A stretch of DNA of 64,000 nucleotides from contig CALXEQ010000001.1 of NCBI GenBank assembly GCA_944387375.1, positions 483 through 64,482 of the forward strand, given 5' to 3'. Shown here piece after piece: positions 46,318-57,284 of the stretch (positions within the stretch are counted from its first letter, which is position 1; each line of letters starts with the position of its first letter). Below the pieces are notes generated by a model. That model searched no databases, was not told the DNA's origin, and saw nothing but the letters and a program-made list of their open reading frames with translations. Source of the DNA: an uncultured Clostridia bacterium (lineage in GTDB: Bacteria; Bacillota; Clostridia; TANB77; CAG-465). The position numbers and the translations under genes were made by a program.

Positions 46318-47703
46318 ATGTCAAATTTAAAAATAGAAGAATTTAAAAATAATATAAGAGGAAAGAAAGTATCCGTAATAGGACTTGGAATAAGTAATAT
46401 TCCTGCAATAAAATACTTAAATAAACTTGGTGCATATATTGTTGGAAGAGACAAAAAAGAAGAAATTCCAGAAGAGTTAAATGGATTAGAAAATATAGAA
46501 TATATTTTAGGAGATAAATATTTAGATGGATTAGAAAATTCAGACTATATATTAAGATCTCCAGGAGTAAAACCATTTATTCCAGAAATACAAAAAGCTG
46601 TTCAAATGGGTGTTATACTTACTTCTGAAATGGAACTGTTTATACATTTGACCAATGCTACAGTAATTGGAATAACAGGGTCAGATGGTAAGACAACCAC
46701 TACTACACTTACATCATTATTTTTAAAAGAGGCTGGAAAAAATGTTTATGTTGGTGGAAATATAGGAATACCTCTATTAGATAAAGTAGAAGAAATAACA
46801 CAAGAGGATTATGTAGTACTTGAACTTAGTAGTTTTCAACTTATGACAATGGATGAGAAAATAGATAGAGCGGCAATAACAAATATTTCACCTAATCATT
46901 TAGATTATCATAGAAGTTATGAAGAATATATTTTTGCTAAAACTAACATATTTAATGGACAAGATGAAAATGGAATTTTGGTATTAAATAATGATAATGA
47001 GCTTACAAAAGAATTTGGTCAAAAAGCCAAAGGTAAGGTAAGAATGTTTAGTTTAGAAGAAAAAGTAGATTGTGGTGTGTATTATGAAAATGGCGAGATT
47101 ATATCAACTGTTAATGGTAATGAAGAGAAAATAATGGATGCAAAAGAAGTAAAACTTGTTGGAATGCATAATATAGCCAACATTTGTACAGCAGCATCTT
47201 TAGTAATAGACATTACAGGTAAAGAAGTGATAAAAAAAGTAGCAAAAAATTTTGGCGGAGTTGAGCATAGAATGGAACTTGTAAGAGAATACAATGGAGT
47301 TAAATGGTATAATGATTCAATTGCAAGTAGTCCGACACGTACTATTGCAGGTCTTAAATCTTTTGATCAAAAAGTAATACTTATTGCTGGTGGTTATGAT
47401 AAAAATATTCCATATGATATTATGGGACCATATATAATGAATAAAGTTAAACTTTTAATATTAGTTGGTACAACTTCTCCAAAAATAAAAGATGCAGTAG
47501 AAATAGAAGCTAAAAGACGTAGAAAAAAGACAATGCCTATAGTAGAATTTGAAAATTTAAAAGATGCAGTAGAATATGCAAAAGAAAATTCTGAAAAAGG
47601 AGATGTTGTTGCTATGTCTCCTGCAAGTGCTTCTTTTGATTTGTACAAAAATTTTGAAGAAAGAGGTAATTATTTTAAAAAATTAGTAAATAGTTTTAAA
47701 TAA
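46318..47703 (+). CDS. murD: UDP-N-acetylmuramoylalanine--D-glutamate ligase
   Basis: GITGSDGKTTTT P-loop, Mur ligase central and C-terminal domains. 461 aa. TTGCAT-17-TATAAT promoter-like sequence just upstream. Confidence 0.88.
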   Translation: MSNLKIEEFKNNIRGKKVSVIGLGISNIPAIKYLNKLGAYIVGRDKKEEIPEELNGLENIEYILGDKYLDGLENSDYILRSPGVKPFIPEIQKAVQMGVILTSEMELFIHLTNATVIGITGSDGKTTTTTLTSLFLKEAGKNVYVGGNIGIPLLDKVEEITQEDYVVLELSSFQLMTMDEKIDRAAITNISPNHLDYHRSYEEYIFAKTNIFNGQDENGILVLNNDNELTKEFGQKAKGKVRMFSLEEKVDCGVYYENGEIISTVNGNEEKIMDAKEVKLVGMHNIANICTAASLVIDITGKEVIKKVAKNFGGVEHRMELVREYNGVKWYNDSIASSPTRTIAGLKSFDQKVILIAGGYDKNIPYDIMGPYIMNKVKLLILVGTTSPKIKDAVEIEAKRRRKKTMPIVEFENLKDAVEYAKENSEKGDVVAMSPASASFDLYKNFEERGNYFKKLVNSFK

Positions 47704-47712
47704 TAATTTAAG

Positions 47713-47749
47713 TTACTTTATACGAAAGTATAGAGTAATTTTTTATTTT
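47713..47749 (+). terminator. Strong rho-independent terminator after murD (GAAA tetraloop)
   Basis: tactttatac-gaaa-gtatagagta stem-loop followed by attttttatttt. Confidence 0.75.
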
Positions 47750-47804
47750 ATGATATATTTTTTATATAACAAGGGAAATATATGAAAACGAGAGGAGATA
47801 AAAA

Positions 47805-50387
47805 ATGCCAAGATTTAAAGATAGAGTGTATTTGCAAAAAGAAATATATGAAAAAATAGTAAAAAATAAAGTAAGTGATAAGGAATTTAATGAGCTTATT
47901 TCCAATTATATAAGAGAATATATTAATTATTCAATAAGAGATACACAGTATAAAGATTATGTAGATAATATAAATGTAGATATTTTAGATAATGGTGTTG
48001 TAAAAGCATATATAAATGGTGAAGAATTAATGACAATTAATCTAGATGAAAATATAATAAATGGTCAAAGAAATAAAGAAAATAAATTATCTAGAATAGA
48101 TTGTATGATTGATTCTACTATAGATGTACAGGAATCTCTTTTTGAAATGGATGCAAAAGGTAATTCTCCAACTTATGGATCATCTTTAGATGAACAAACA
48201 AAAGCACAAGTACTAGAAAATAATATAAATAAAGCGTATATGGATAATTCAAAAGAAATATTTAATATAGAAAGTGGCGAATATATTAATCCTAATATTG
48301 TTAAAAAATCTATTTTACAGGTATATTCTGATGCTATTAGATGGGATAAAAATATGGATGTTAACTCATTAAATAAAATTATTAACGATTTTCATAGATA
48401 ATATCAAAGAACAGATGAAGTAATAGAAATTCCTTCTGAAGATTTTACTGTAGAGATTGATGGAAAAAACGAAAAAGTATCATATCAAGATATTATTGTA
48501 TCCCAAAAACCTGAAATTATTGAAAAAAATAAGGAATTAGATAAAGTATATAATTTGGATGGAACAAAAAAAGAGCTAGATGAGATAATAAAATTAAGAG
48601 ATGAAGAGATTGGTAAAATATTAGAAAATAATAGTATTGGTGATGATAAAAAAGAAGCTTTAGTAAATCAGTTAAAAGAGGCGTATTCTAATGTAATATA
48701 TGATGCATTTTTAAAAGATAATCTATTAGATATGGTAAAAAGGCTAGGTTATGATAAAGTAAAAGAAGAATTAAACAAGTTAGAAAATAATGATATTGGA
48801 AATTTAAAAAGTGTTGGTGGAGATACAAAGAAAAATATAGAATATCTGCAAAATAATAAAGATAGGATTATGGAAAAATTAACACCTGAAAATTGTGAAA
48901 AATATGAAGAATTATTAAATAAAATACAGCAAGATATACAAAAGCAAAATGAGGCAATAATTAATATAGATAAAAATGAGATTTCAAGGTTAAATGAAGA
49001 AATAGAAAAATTAAAATTACAAGTCAATGAAAAAGGTGAAAGTATAATTGAGCCATATAATGAAGAAGAGTTAAAACAAGCAGATAATAATAGAAGAGAA
49101 AAGAGAGAAAAAAGAAAAGAAGCGTTAAAAGAAAAAGCAAATGAAATAAAAGAGAAAAATAGTAAGAAAAAAGATCCTGAAAGTATAGATGAAGATACAA
49201 AAACTACTAAGAAAGAAAAAAATGGTGATAATGAAAATTCAAAAGAAAATAATCAAGAAAAGACTAATGTTGAAAACATGTATTATGATACAAACTTAAA
49301 AGATGATATTGAAAGACTAAATAAAAAAATAGATGAAATAAGTCAAGATGGCAATGTAAATAAAGATATTTTGGAAGAATTAAATAATCTTAATGCAAAG
49401 GTTAGTAATTTAGATATAAAAGATAATGATACAGAAATTTCAAAAATAAAGGAAGAGATATCTAATTTACAAGACAAAATTGATTCTATAGAAAATAAAG
49501 ATGAAATGTCAAAAGATGAAAATATGGAAGTAGAAACACCTAAAAATGGAGAAAAGATAAATGATAATGAAAGTATTATAGATAATGAAGAAATAGAGCA
49601 AAATAAAAAAGATACATTGCTAAAAGATGAACATAAAAAAGGCAGTAGTAATACAGAAATTGAAAATAATTTTGATGACAATATCAAGGAAGAAAATAAT
49701 TTGGAAGATAATAAAGAAGATGTAGAGAAAAGTGCTATTAAAGAGGAAATAAAGGAAAATAACTTAGATATAGAAGATAAAAAAACAAAAGATGCAGAAG
49801 ATTTAATAGATAATGAAAAAGAAGAACAAAATTTAAATGATGTAGTATTAAAAGATGATAATGAGGAAAAAATTAGTAATATAGATAGTAAAGTTAATTT
49901 AGAAGATAATGTAAAAGTTGAAAGTAATAAAGAGAATGTTAATATAAATATAAAAGAAAATGATGATAAAGAAGAAAATATTCAAAGAAAAGACAATAAA
50001 TTAGAAAAAGAGCATGAATATAAAGATGTAGAAGCAAGAGTAGAAAGTTTTAAGGAATATGCAAAAGAATTATCAAAGAAAATAATGGATAAGAAATTAT
50101 CAGAAATATTATCTAGTGAAAAATTAAATACTCATCAAAAGGCAGTAGAAGTTGGAAACTTAAATAATAAGAAACAGGAATATTATGAATACATATTAGA
50201 TTTGGTAAAAAAAGTTACAATAAGAGAGAATAGTTTAGCTGAATATAAGGGAAAGGTAGATGAAAAAAATAAAAAGATTGTTGAGCTAGAAGAAGCATTA
50301 AAAGATATTAAAAGTATAGAAGAGCACTTAAAACAAGTAGAGCAAGAGATAAAAGAAGAAGAAAGGAGTAATAATCTTGGAAAATAA
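47805..50387 (+). pseudogene. About 860-aa E/K-rich coiled-coil low-complexity protein interrupted by a single in-frame TAA (48399-48401)
   Basis: Track ORFs 47805..48401 and 48555..50387 are in the same frame. The 153 nt between them contains no stop. The second part starts with TTG, has no SD, and has no ATG for about 290 nt. Confidence 0.5.
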
Positions 50388-50610
50388 AATATTAACTATT
50401 AATAATTTAGAAAAAATAAAATCAGATTTTGAGACAGGAAAAATTAAAGAATCAGATATAAATGGAGATGAAGCTCTTCTTATAAGTGTGCTATATGAAT
50501 TGCAATTAATTGAGCTTGATGATGAAATACAAAAAATGAAAGATGAAATTGAGGATTACAAAATAAGGATGAGAAAGGCCATAGAGTTTTTAAAAAGAAA
50601 AAAGAGTTAA
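50377..50610 (+). CDS. Small hypothetical coiled-coil protein (TTG start, overlaps the end of the upstream gene)
   Basis: 77-aa ORF with aggag 8 nt upstream of the TTG. It overlaps the upstream stop in the +1 frame. Confidence 0.3.
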   Translation: MENKILTINNLEKIKSDFETGKIKESDINGDEALLISVLYELQLIELDDEIQKMKDEIEDYKIRMRKAIEFLKRKKS

Positions 50611-50623
50611 AAGGAGGTAATAT

Positions 50624-51161
50624 ATGGATGAAAATACTATAAAAGGATTAGAAGTCGGATCTAGACTTCATGACGAATGGAGAAAGCCTAGAAAACTTGA
50701 AGATGGTAAGTATGAGCCAAGGTAGAAAGTTACAAATGATGTTACATATGAAGAATTACCAAGAGATTGGCAAGAAGAAAATCTTCAAGCAGGACTTGCA
50801 GTAGTGCCTATTGTTGGAAAAAAGAAGAGTTAAGTAATGCTGAAATGGAAGAATGCGCAAAAAAGTACATGATGAATGGTGTTCAAGAAAAGAAATAATA
50901 ATAACAGCATATATGAATAAATTAGAGCAACAAGGTATTGATGAAAATGAAATATTAAAGAAAAAAGATGAAAAATTTGGATGGGATATTAGCCTTATGG
51001 TATCATATGATGAATTAAGTGAAGAAGAAAAACAAAAAGATAGAGATCAAGTTATTCAAGCCTTAAAGTTAAATAAAGAGATTTCAAAAGGTAGTATAAA
51101 AATTGAAGATTTATCAAAAAAATATGAAAAACAAATAAATGAATTAAAAGAAATAAGCTAA
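50624..51161 (+). pseudogene. About 178-codon gene remnant with three in-frame stops (TAG 50723, TAA 50834, TGA 50840) behind a strong SD
   Basis: aaaggaggtaatat-ATG start. A single reading frame runs to 51161 and is broken three times. Both halves contain an HDEW-R/C-xRK motif. Confidence 0.4.
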
Positions 51162-51260
51162 AAATTAAATATTTTTAAATAAATAGTTGACAAAATTGAT
51201 GTGAGAATGTATAATATGTGTAAAGTTTTTAAGCTTTACACATTTTTTAAGGTGATTCCT

Positions 51261-51581
51261 ATGGATAAAAATGTAGAATTTACTTTGCTATATGATATAT
51301 ATGGTAAATTATTAACACAAAAACAGCAAGAAATATTTGAAGAATATTATTTATATAATTTATCTTTAAGAGAAATTGCTGAAAATAAGAATATTTCATA
51401 TCAGGCGGTAAGGGATAGTATAAAATCAAGTGAAAGTACATTGCTAAATTTTGAAAATGTAACTAAAACATTATCTCTTACAAAACGAATGAAAAAGGCA
51501 TATGAGTTATGTGATAGTGAAGATTTAAATAAAAAAAGACAACAGTTAAAAAAACTCTTAAGAAGTGAGGATGATATATAA
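51261..51581 (+). CDS. ylxM: YlxM/p13-like putative DNA-binding protein (UPF0122) upstream of ffh
   Basis: EFTLLYDIYGKLLTQKQQEIFEEYYLYNLSLREIAE helix-turn-helix region. Conserved position before ffh. Start at the ATG at 51261 (SD aaggtga) rather than the track's 51201. Confidence 0.8.
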   Translation: MDKNVEFTLLYDIYGKLLTQKQQEIFEEYYLYNLSLREIAENKNISYQAVRDSIKSSESTLLNFENVTKTLSLTKRMKKAYELCDSEDLNKKRQQLKKLLRSEDDI

Positions 51582-52915
51582 TGTTTGATAGCTTGTCAGA
51601 TAAACTGCAAAATGTAATGAAGAAAATTAAAGGTCAAACAAGAATTTCAGAAAAAGAACTAAAAGAAATGCTAAGAGAAGTAAAACTTGCTCTTCTTGAG
51701 GCGGATGTTAACTATAAAGTTGTAAAAGATTTTGTTTCATCTATTGAATCTAAAGCATTAGGTGAAGATGTTATGAAATCTTTAACACCAGGACAACAGG
51801 TTGTTAAAATAGTAAGAGATGAGTTAACAGAACTTTTAGGTGATACCAATAGTGGAATTAATTTTTCTTCAAATCCACCAACAGTAATAATGCTTGTAGG
51901 ATTGCAAGGTAGTGGTAAAACAACATTATGTGGAAAATTAAGTAATTATCTAAGAAAACAAGGTAAAAAACCACTTATGATAGCATGCGATGTATATAGA
52001 CCTGCTGCTATAAAACAACTTGAAACTTTAGGTAAAAGTTTAAATGTTGATGTTTATAGTGAGCCAGACAATAAAGATGTAATATCAATTGCAAAAAATG
52101 GTATAAAAATGGCAAATTCTAAGCTATGTAATGTAGTACTTATAGATACAGCTGGTAGATTACAAATAGATGAAGCATTAATGAATGAACTAGTAGAGTT
52201 GAAAAAAACAATAAGACCACATGAAATAATGCTTGTAATTGATGCTATGATTGGTCAAGAGGCTGTAAATGTAGCACAAACTTTTAATGATAAACTAGGG
52301 ATTGATTCTATTACAATGTCAAAATTGGATTCCGATTCTAGAGGTGGTGCTGCTCTTTCAGTAAAAAGCATTACTAAAAAGCCAATAAAATTTGCATCAG
52401 TTGGAGAAAAGCTTAGTGATTTAGAGCCTTTCTATCCAGATAGAATAGCATCTCGTATTTTAGGTATGGGAGATGTACTTTCTATTATAGATAAAGCGGA
52501 AGAAGCTTATGAGGAAGAGGAAGCTGTAGAGCTAGAGAAAAAAATAAAGAAAAATGAGTTTACTTTAGATGATTATTTAGCTCAAATGAAAAAAATAAGA
52601 AAAATGGGATCTTTTAAGCAAATTCTTGCTATGCTTCCAGGAATACCTAAAGAGATAAGAGATGTTGAAATTGATGAAAAACAATTACTTCGTATAGATG
52701 CAATTATTACTTCGATGACAAAAGAAGAAAGAAGAAATCCTAAGATTTTGAATGCTTCACGTCGTCAAAGAATTGCAAAAGGAAGTGGAAATAAAGTTCA
52801 AGATATCAATAGATTTATAACTCAGTTTGAACAAATGCAAAAAATGATGAAATCTATGATGAGTGGTAATGGGAAATATCCTAAAATACCAGGAATGAAC
52901 AAATTATTTAAGTAA
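51581..52915 (+). CDS. ffh: Signal recognition particle protein Ffh
   Basis: GLQGSGKTT, DTAGR, M-domain with Met-rich C-terminus. TAATG overlap with ylxM. Confidence 0.93.
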   Translation: MFDSLSDKLQNVMKKIKGQTRISEKELKEMLREVKLALLEADVNYKVVKDFVSSIESKALGEDVMKSLTPGQQVVKIVRDELTELLGDTNSGINFSSNPPTVIMLVGLQGSGKTTLCGKLSNYLRKQGKKPLMIACDVYRPAAIKQLETLGKSLNVDVYSEPDNKDVISIAKNGIKMANSKLCNVVLIDTAGRLQIDEALMNELVELKKTIRPHEIMLVIDAMIGQEAVNVAQTFNDKLGIDSITMSKLDSDSRGGAALSVKSITKKPIKFASVGEKLSDLEPFYPDRIASRILGMGDVLSIIDKAEEAYEEEEAVELEKKIKKNEFTLDDYLAQMKKIRKMGSFKQILAMLPGIPKEIRDVEIDEKQLLRIDAIITSMTKEERRNPKILNASRRQRIAKGSGNKVQDINRFITQFEQMQKMMKSMMSGNGKYPKIPGMNKLFK

Positions 52916-52950
52916 AATTGTTTATATTCACTATAAGGAGGTGAAACTTG

Positions 52951-53193
52951 ATGGTAAAGATTAGATTAAGAAGAGATGGTGCCAAAAAAGCTCCATATTA
53001 TACAATAGTTGTTGCTGATTCTAGATATCCAGCAGATGGAAGATTCATTGAGAAAGTAGGAACATACAACCCGATGACTGAACCTGCTGAATTAAAAATT
53101 GATACAGAAAAAGTAGCAGAATGGATTAAAAAAGGAGCTAAACCAACAGATACTGCTATGGCTCTTATTAAAAAAGCAGGATTAGAAATATAG
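52951..53193 (+). CDS. rpsP: 30S ribosomal protein S16
   Basis: [25 protein letters not shown] is the conserved S16 N-terminus. SD aaggaggtg. Confidence 0.93.
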   Translation: MVKIRLRRDGAKKAPYYTIVVADSRYPADGRFIEKVGTYNPMTEPAELKIDTEKVAEWIKKGAKPTDTAMALIKKAGLEI

Positions 53194-53206
53194 GAGGACA
53201 AGAATA

Positions 53207-53455
53207 ATGTATAAAGATTTGTTAGAATACATAGTTAAAAATCTTGTTGCTTATCCAGAAAAGATCGAAATCTCTGAAGTTCAAACAGAAGGGAAAGTAG
53301 CTTTAAAGTTAAAAGTAGCAAAAGAAGATATGGGTAGAGTAATTGGAAAAGAAGGAAGAATAATTCGTTCTATAAGAGAAATTATCTATGCATATGCTGC
53401 AAAAGAATCAAAAAAAGTCTCTGTAGATGTTGAAGAAACAAAGGAGAATAATTAA
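53207..53455 (+). CDS. KH-domain RNA-binding protein (YlqC-like)
   Basis: VIGKEGRIIRSIREI GXXG KH motif. Conserved position between rpsP and rimM. Confidence 0.8.
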   Translation: MYKDLLEYIVKNLVAYPEKIEISEVQTEGKVALKLKVAKEDMGRVIGKEGRIIRSIREIIYAYAAKESKKVSVDVEETKENN

Positions 53456-53458
53456 TAT

Positions 53459-53965
53459 ATGTCAAGTGTTTTAATAGGACAGATAGTAAATGTACATGGT
53501 ATAAAAGGAGAAGTAAAAATATATCCATATACTGATGATTTAGAAAATTTATCTAAAAAGCTTAAAAATATATTTTTAGATGAAAATATGGATGGAGAAT
53601 GCTACAAGACAAATTGTAGAATTCAAAAAGGTATGCTTCTTTGCAAAATATCTGGTGTTGATACTATTGAACAAGCAGAAAAGCTTAGAGGAAAGTATGT
53701 ATATATAGACGAAAGAAATCTAGATAAACTTGAGGATGATAATTATTATGTTAAAGATTTATTAGGTCTTGATATTATAGATATAAATACAAATAGTTTA
53801 TTTGGAAAATTAGAATATATATATAATACTGGAGCAAATGATGTTTATGAAGTTATAACACAAGATAATAAAAAAGTATATTTACCAGCTATAAAGCAAG
53901 TTATAAAAAAAGTGGATATTAAAAATAAGAAAATATATGTAGAGATAATGAAAGGACTAATATAA
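53459..53965 (+). CDS. rimM: Ribosome maturation factor RimM
   Basis: IGQIVNVHGIKGEVKIYPYTD N-terminal motif. 168 aa. Confidence 0.88.
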   Translation: MSSVLIGQIVNVHGIKGEVKIYPYTDDLENLSKKLKNIFLDENMDGECYKTNCRIQKGMLLCKISGVDTIEQAEKLRGKYVYIDERNLDKLEDDNYYVKDLLGLDIIDINTNSLFGKLEYIYNTGANDVYEVITQDNKKVYLPAIKQVIKKVDIKNKKIYVEIMKGLI

Positions 53966-53967
53966 TA

Positions 53968-54684
53968 GTGAAATTTGTTGTATTAACACTTTTTAAAGAA
54001 ATGTTTGATGCTTTTGTAAGTACTAGTATTATTAAAAGAGCAATAGATAAAGATATTGTATCAATTGATGTATTAGATATAAGAGATTTTACTAAGGATA
54101 AGCATAAAAGAGTAGATTTTCCACCTTATGGTGGGGGAAGTGGTATGATAATGTCTGCACAACCTTTAGGAGATGCTATAGATTATGCTGTTTTATCTTT
54201 AGAAAAATATAAAAAGGAGATAAAAATTATATATATGTCTCCGCGAGGAAAAGTATTGAATTACAATATTTCTAAAAATATTTCGAAAAGTAATTATAAT
54301 TATATAATTATTTGTGGTCATTATGAGGGAATAGATGAAAGAATAATTGAAGAATATAATGTAGAAGAAATTTCAATTGGAGACTATGTACTTACTGGTG
54401 GCGAGCTTGCATGTCAAGTTTTGATGGACAGTGTTATTCGTCTTATACCAGGTGTAATTAGTCAAGAATCTTTATCTGAAGAATCTCATACCAATGGATT
54501 ATTAGAATATCCACAATATACTAAGCCTTATGAATTTAAGGGAAGAAAAGTACCAGATATACTTTTATCTGGACATCATAAAATGATTGCAGATTATAGA
54601 AAAAAAGAATCTATTAGAATAACACAAAAACATAGACCAGATTTAATAAATAATAAAATAATTCCAAAAAAGGAGGGAAAATAA
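53968..54684 (+). CDS. trmD: tRNA (guanine37-N1)-methyltransferase
   Basis: VLTLFKEMF start (GTG), SPRGK, and [10 protein letters not shown]...[14 protein letters not shown] motifs. Confidence 0.9.
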   Translation: MKFVVLTLFKEMFDAFVSTSIIKRAIDKDIVSIDVLDIRDFTKDKHKRVDFPPYGGGSGMIMSAQPLGDAIDYAVLSLEKYKKEIKIIYMSPRGKVLNYNISKNISKSNYNYIIICGHYEGIDERIIEEYNVEEISIGDYVLTGGELACQVLMDSVIRLIPGVISQESLSEESHTNGLLEYPQYTKPYEFKGRKVPDILLSGHHKMIADYRKKESIRITQKHRPDLINNKIIPKKEGK

Positions 54685-54686
54685 TA

Positions 54687-55034
54687 ATGGATATAATAAA
54701 TGCAATAGAAAATGAATATAAAAAAGAAGAAATAGTACCGTTTAAAGTTGGTGATACAGTAGATGTACACATCAAAATTAAAGAAGGAAATAAAGAAAGA
54801 ATACAGGTATTTACTGGTACTGTTATAAAACGTCAAAACAGTGGATTAAATGAAACATTCACAGTAAGAAAAATATCTTATGGTGTTGGCGTTGAAAAAA
54901 CATTCCCAACTCATTCACCAAGAATTGCTAAAATTGAAGTAAAAAGAGTTGGTAAAGTTAGACGTGCTAAATTATATTACTTAAGAGATAGAGTAGGTAA
55001 AGCTGCTAAGACTAAAGAAAAAATAGAACAATAA
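54687..55034 (+). CDS. rplS: 50S ribosomal protein L19
   Basis: [33 protein letters not shown] is conserved L19. Confidence 0.93.
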   Translation: MDIINAIENEYKKEEIVPFKVGDTVDVHIKIKEGNKERIQVFTGTVIKRQNSGLNETFTVRKISYGVGVEKTFPTHSPRIAKIEVKRVGKVRRAKLYYLRDRVGKAAKTKEKIEQ

Positions 55035-55049
55035 TAGTATATATAATAA

Positions 55050-55083
55050 GCTCCCAGTACTTTTTAAATACCGGGAGTTTAAA
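55050..55083 (+). terminator. Terminator-like hairpin after rplS
   Basis: gctcccagtac ... taccgggagtt stem with one mismatch, followed by a T-rich stretch. Confidence 0.45.
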
Positions 55084-55193
55084 TATATATTATAAAATAT
55101 TGCTAAATATCTTAACATGTAGTAAAATAAATAATATATGACAAAATTGTATAAATTTTTTATATATTATGGATAATAAAAGGATGGATATTA

Positions 55194-56362
55194 TGAAATA
55201 TGGATTATTATATTATAAAGATACAGACAATATAGGAGATGACGTTCAAAGTTATGCTCAGGAGAGATTTTTACCACATGTAGATTATTTGGTAGATAGA
55301 GAAAATTTGGAAATGTTTGTTCCAGATAAAAAGGAAAAAGTTAAAGTTATTATGAATGCTTGGTATGTTCATGATATGCTTAATTTTGACATATCACCTT
55401 ATATAGAGCCACTATATATTTCTATGTTTTTAAAGAGAATACCATATAAAGGTGGTATTACGATTGGTACAGATTATCTTAATGATAATATTTTAAATAG
55501 TTTTAAAAAGTATGGACCTATTGGCACAAGGGACATGCATACTAAAAAAGTATTAGATTCATTAAATATACCTAATTATTTTTCGGGATGTATGACGCTT
55601 ACTATAAATAAACTTCCAGATGTAAAAAAGGAAGATTATATTGTGGTAGTTGGTCTTAAAGAGCATGAAATTGAATATATTAAGAAAAAAACTAATCGTA
55701 AAGTTATAAAATTTGTACAAGATGTAGAAAGAGGAAGCTTTTCTAATGAGTCTTGGCAAGAAAGAAGAAAAAGAGTAGAAGATGTTTTAAGGCTATATCA
55801 AGGTGCACATTTGGTAATAATTACAAAACTTCATTGCTCATTACCTTGTCTTGCTATTGGTACTCCTGTTTTATTATTATATGATACTTCTTTTGCTGAA
55901 AATGAAGATCGTATAGGTACATATTTATCATATTTAAATTATGTAAAAAGAGAAGAATTTTTAGATACAGATATAGATTTTGAAAATCCTAAGCCAAATT
56001 CTTCTGAATATTTAAAACTTAGAGAAGAATTAGAGAAAAAGTGTAAAGAATTTATAAATTCTGAGATTAAAGAGGAGCCTTTAATAGATATACAAGACTA
56101 TAAAGAAAGCTTGAAAAAAAGTAAAAATATGAGAAGTTTACCTATAAAATTAGTTACCACACTTCAGGATACATATGAAAAAGAGTGTGAAAAAAGTGCA
56201 AAAATGTATGATGAGATAAATGAATTAAAATATTGGAAAGATCATTATGAAAAATTATATAGGCAAACAGATGAAATTTTAAGCAATACAGTTGATTTTA
56301 AATTAAAAAGATTTGGTAATAAAATAAAGAAAAAATTAAAAATAAAGAAAGATAAAAAATAA
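55194..56362 (+). CDS. Polysaccharide pyruvyl transferase family protein (putative)
   Basis: N-terminal KYGLLYYKDTDNIGDDVQSYAQ resembles the PS_pyruv_trans NxGD motif. SD aaggatgg precedes the ATG at 55194. Confidence 0.45.
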
Positions 56363-56395
56363 TAAAATTAAAAATATTAGGAAAGGAGGATTAGT

Positions 56396-57259
56396 ATGAA
56401 TATAAATTGGTACCCAGGGCACATGGTTAAAGCACAAAATGATATAAAATCTACTATAAAACTAATAGATATAGTTGTTGAAGTTTTAGATGCAAGAATT
56501 CCACTTGCAAGCAAGAATCCAATAATAGATGATATATCTAAAGAAAAGCAAAAAATAATTGTGCTAAATAAAAAAGATTTGGCAGATGATATAGAAACTA
56601 AAAGATGGATAGAATATTTTAAAAATAATAATACTGCATGTATAGCAGTAGATTCTTCTAATCCTCAAGATATAAAAAATATAGTAGAGTGTATATTACA
56701 AAAAGGAAAAGAAGTTTATAAAGATAAAATTAAAAGCGTAGATTTTAATTATAATCCAATATATAGAGTTCTTATTGCAGGAATTCCAAATGTTGGAAAA
56801 TCTACTATAATAAATAAAATAGCAAATAAAAATAGTGCAAACGTCTCTAATAAACCTGGTGTTACTAAAAAGAACCAGTGGATAAGAGTTAATAAAAATA
56901 TAGATTTACTTGATACACCCGGCCTTTTGTGGCCGAGATTAGATGATAATAATGCAGGAATAAAACTTGCTTTAACAGGAAATATAAAAAAAGAAATATT
57001 AGACTTAGAGTCAATTGCATGTCTTGGAATAGAGATGCTACTTAAAAATGACAAGTATAAATCTATGTTTTTAGAAAAATACAAAATTAATGACGAAGAT
57101 ATTGATTCTTTAGATTCATATGATATACTAGAGTTACTAGGAAGAAAAAGAGGATGTTTAGTATCTGGTGGAAATGTAGATATGCAAAAAGCGTCAAATG
57201 TATTCTTAGAAGATTTAAAGTCAGGAAAGATTGGCAAAATAAGTCTAGAAAATGTATAA
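56396..57259 (+). CDS. rbgA: Ribosome biogenesis GTPase A (YlqF/RbgA)
   Basis: INWYPGHMVKA start. Circularly permuted GTPase motifs (VLNKKDL ... GIPNVGKST). Confidence 0.88.
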   Translation: MNINWYPGHMVKAQNDIKSTIKLIDIVVEVLDARIPLASKNPIIDDISKEKQKIIVLNKKDLADDIETKRWIEYFKNNNTACIAVDSSNPQDIKNIVECILQKGKEVYKDKIKSVDFNYNPIYRVLIAGIPNVGKSTIINKIANKNSANVSNKPGVTKKNQWIRVNKNIDLLDTPGLLWPRLDDNNAGIKLALTGNIKKEILDLESIACLGIEMLLKNDKYKSMFLEKYKINDEDIDSLDSYDILELLGRKRGCLVSGGNVDMQKASNVFLEDLKSGKIGKISLENV

Positions 57260-57284
57260 TTTTTTAGGAAAGGATTTGGATAAA

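Noticed and set aside
48399-50840. Programmed readthrough or selenocysteine at the in-frame stops.
   Set aside because: The stops are TAA, TAG, TAA and TGA with no SECIS-like hairpin noticed. Multiple different stop types argue for decay or sequencing error rather than recoding.
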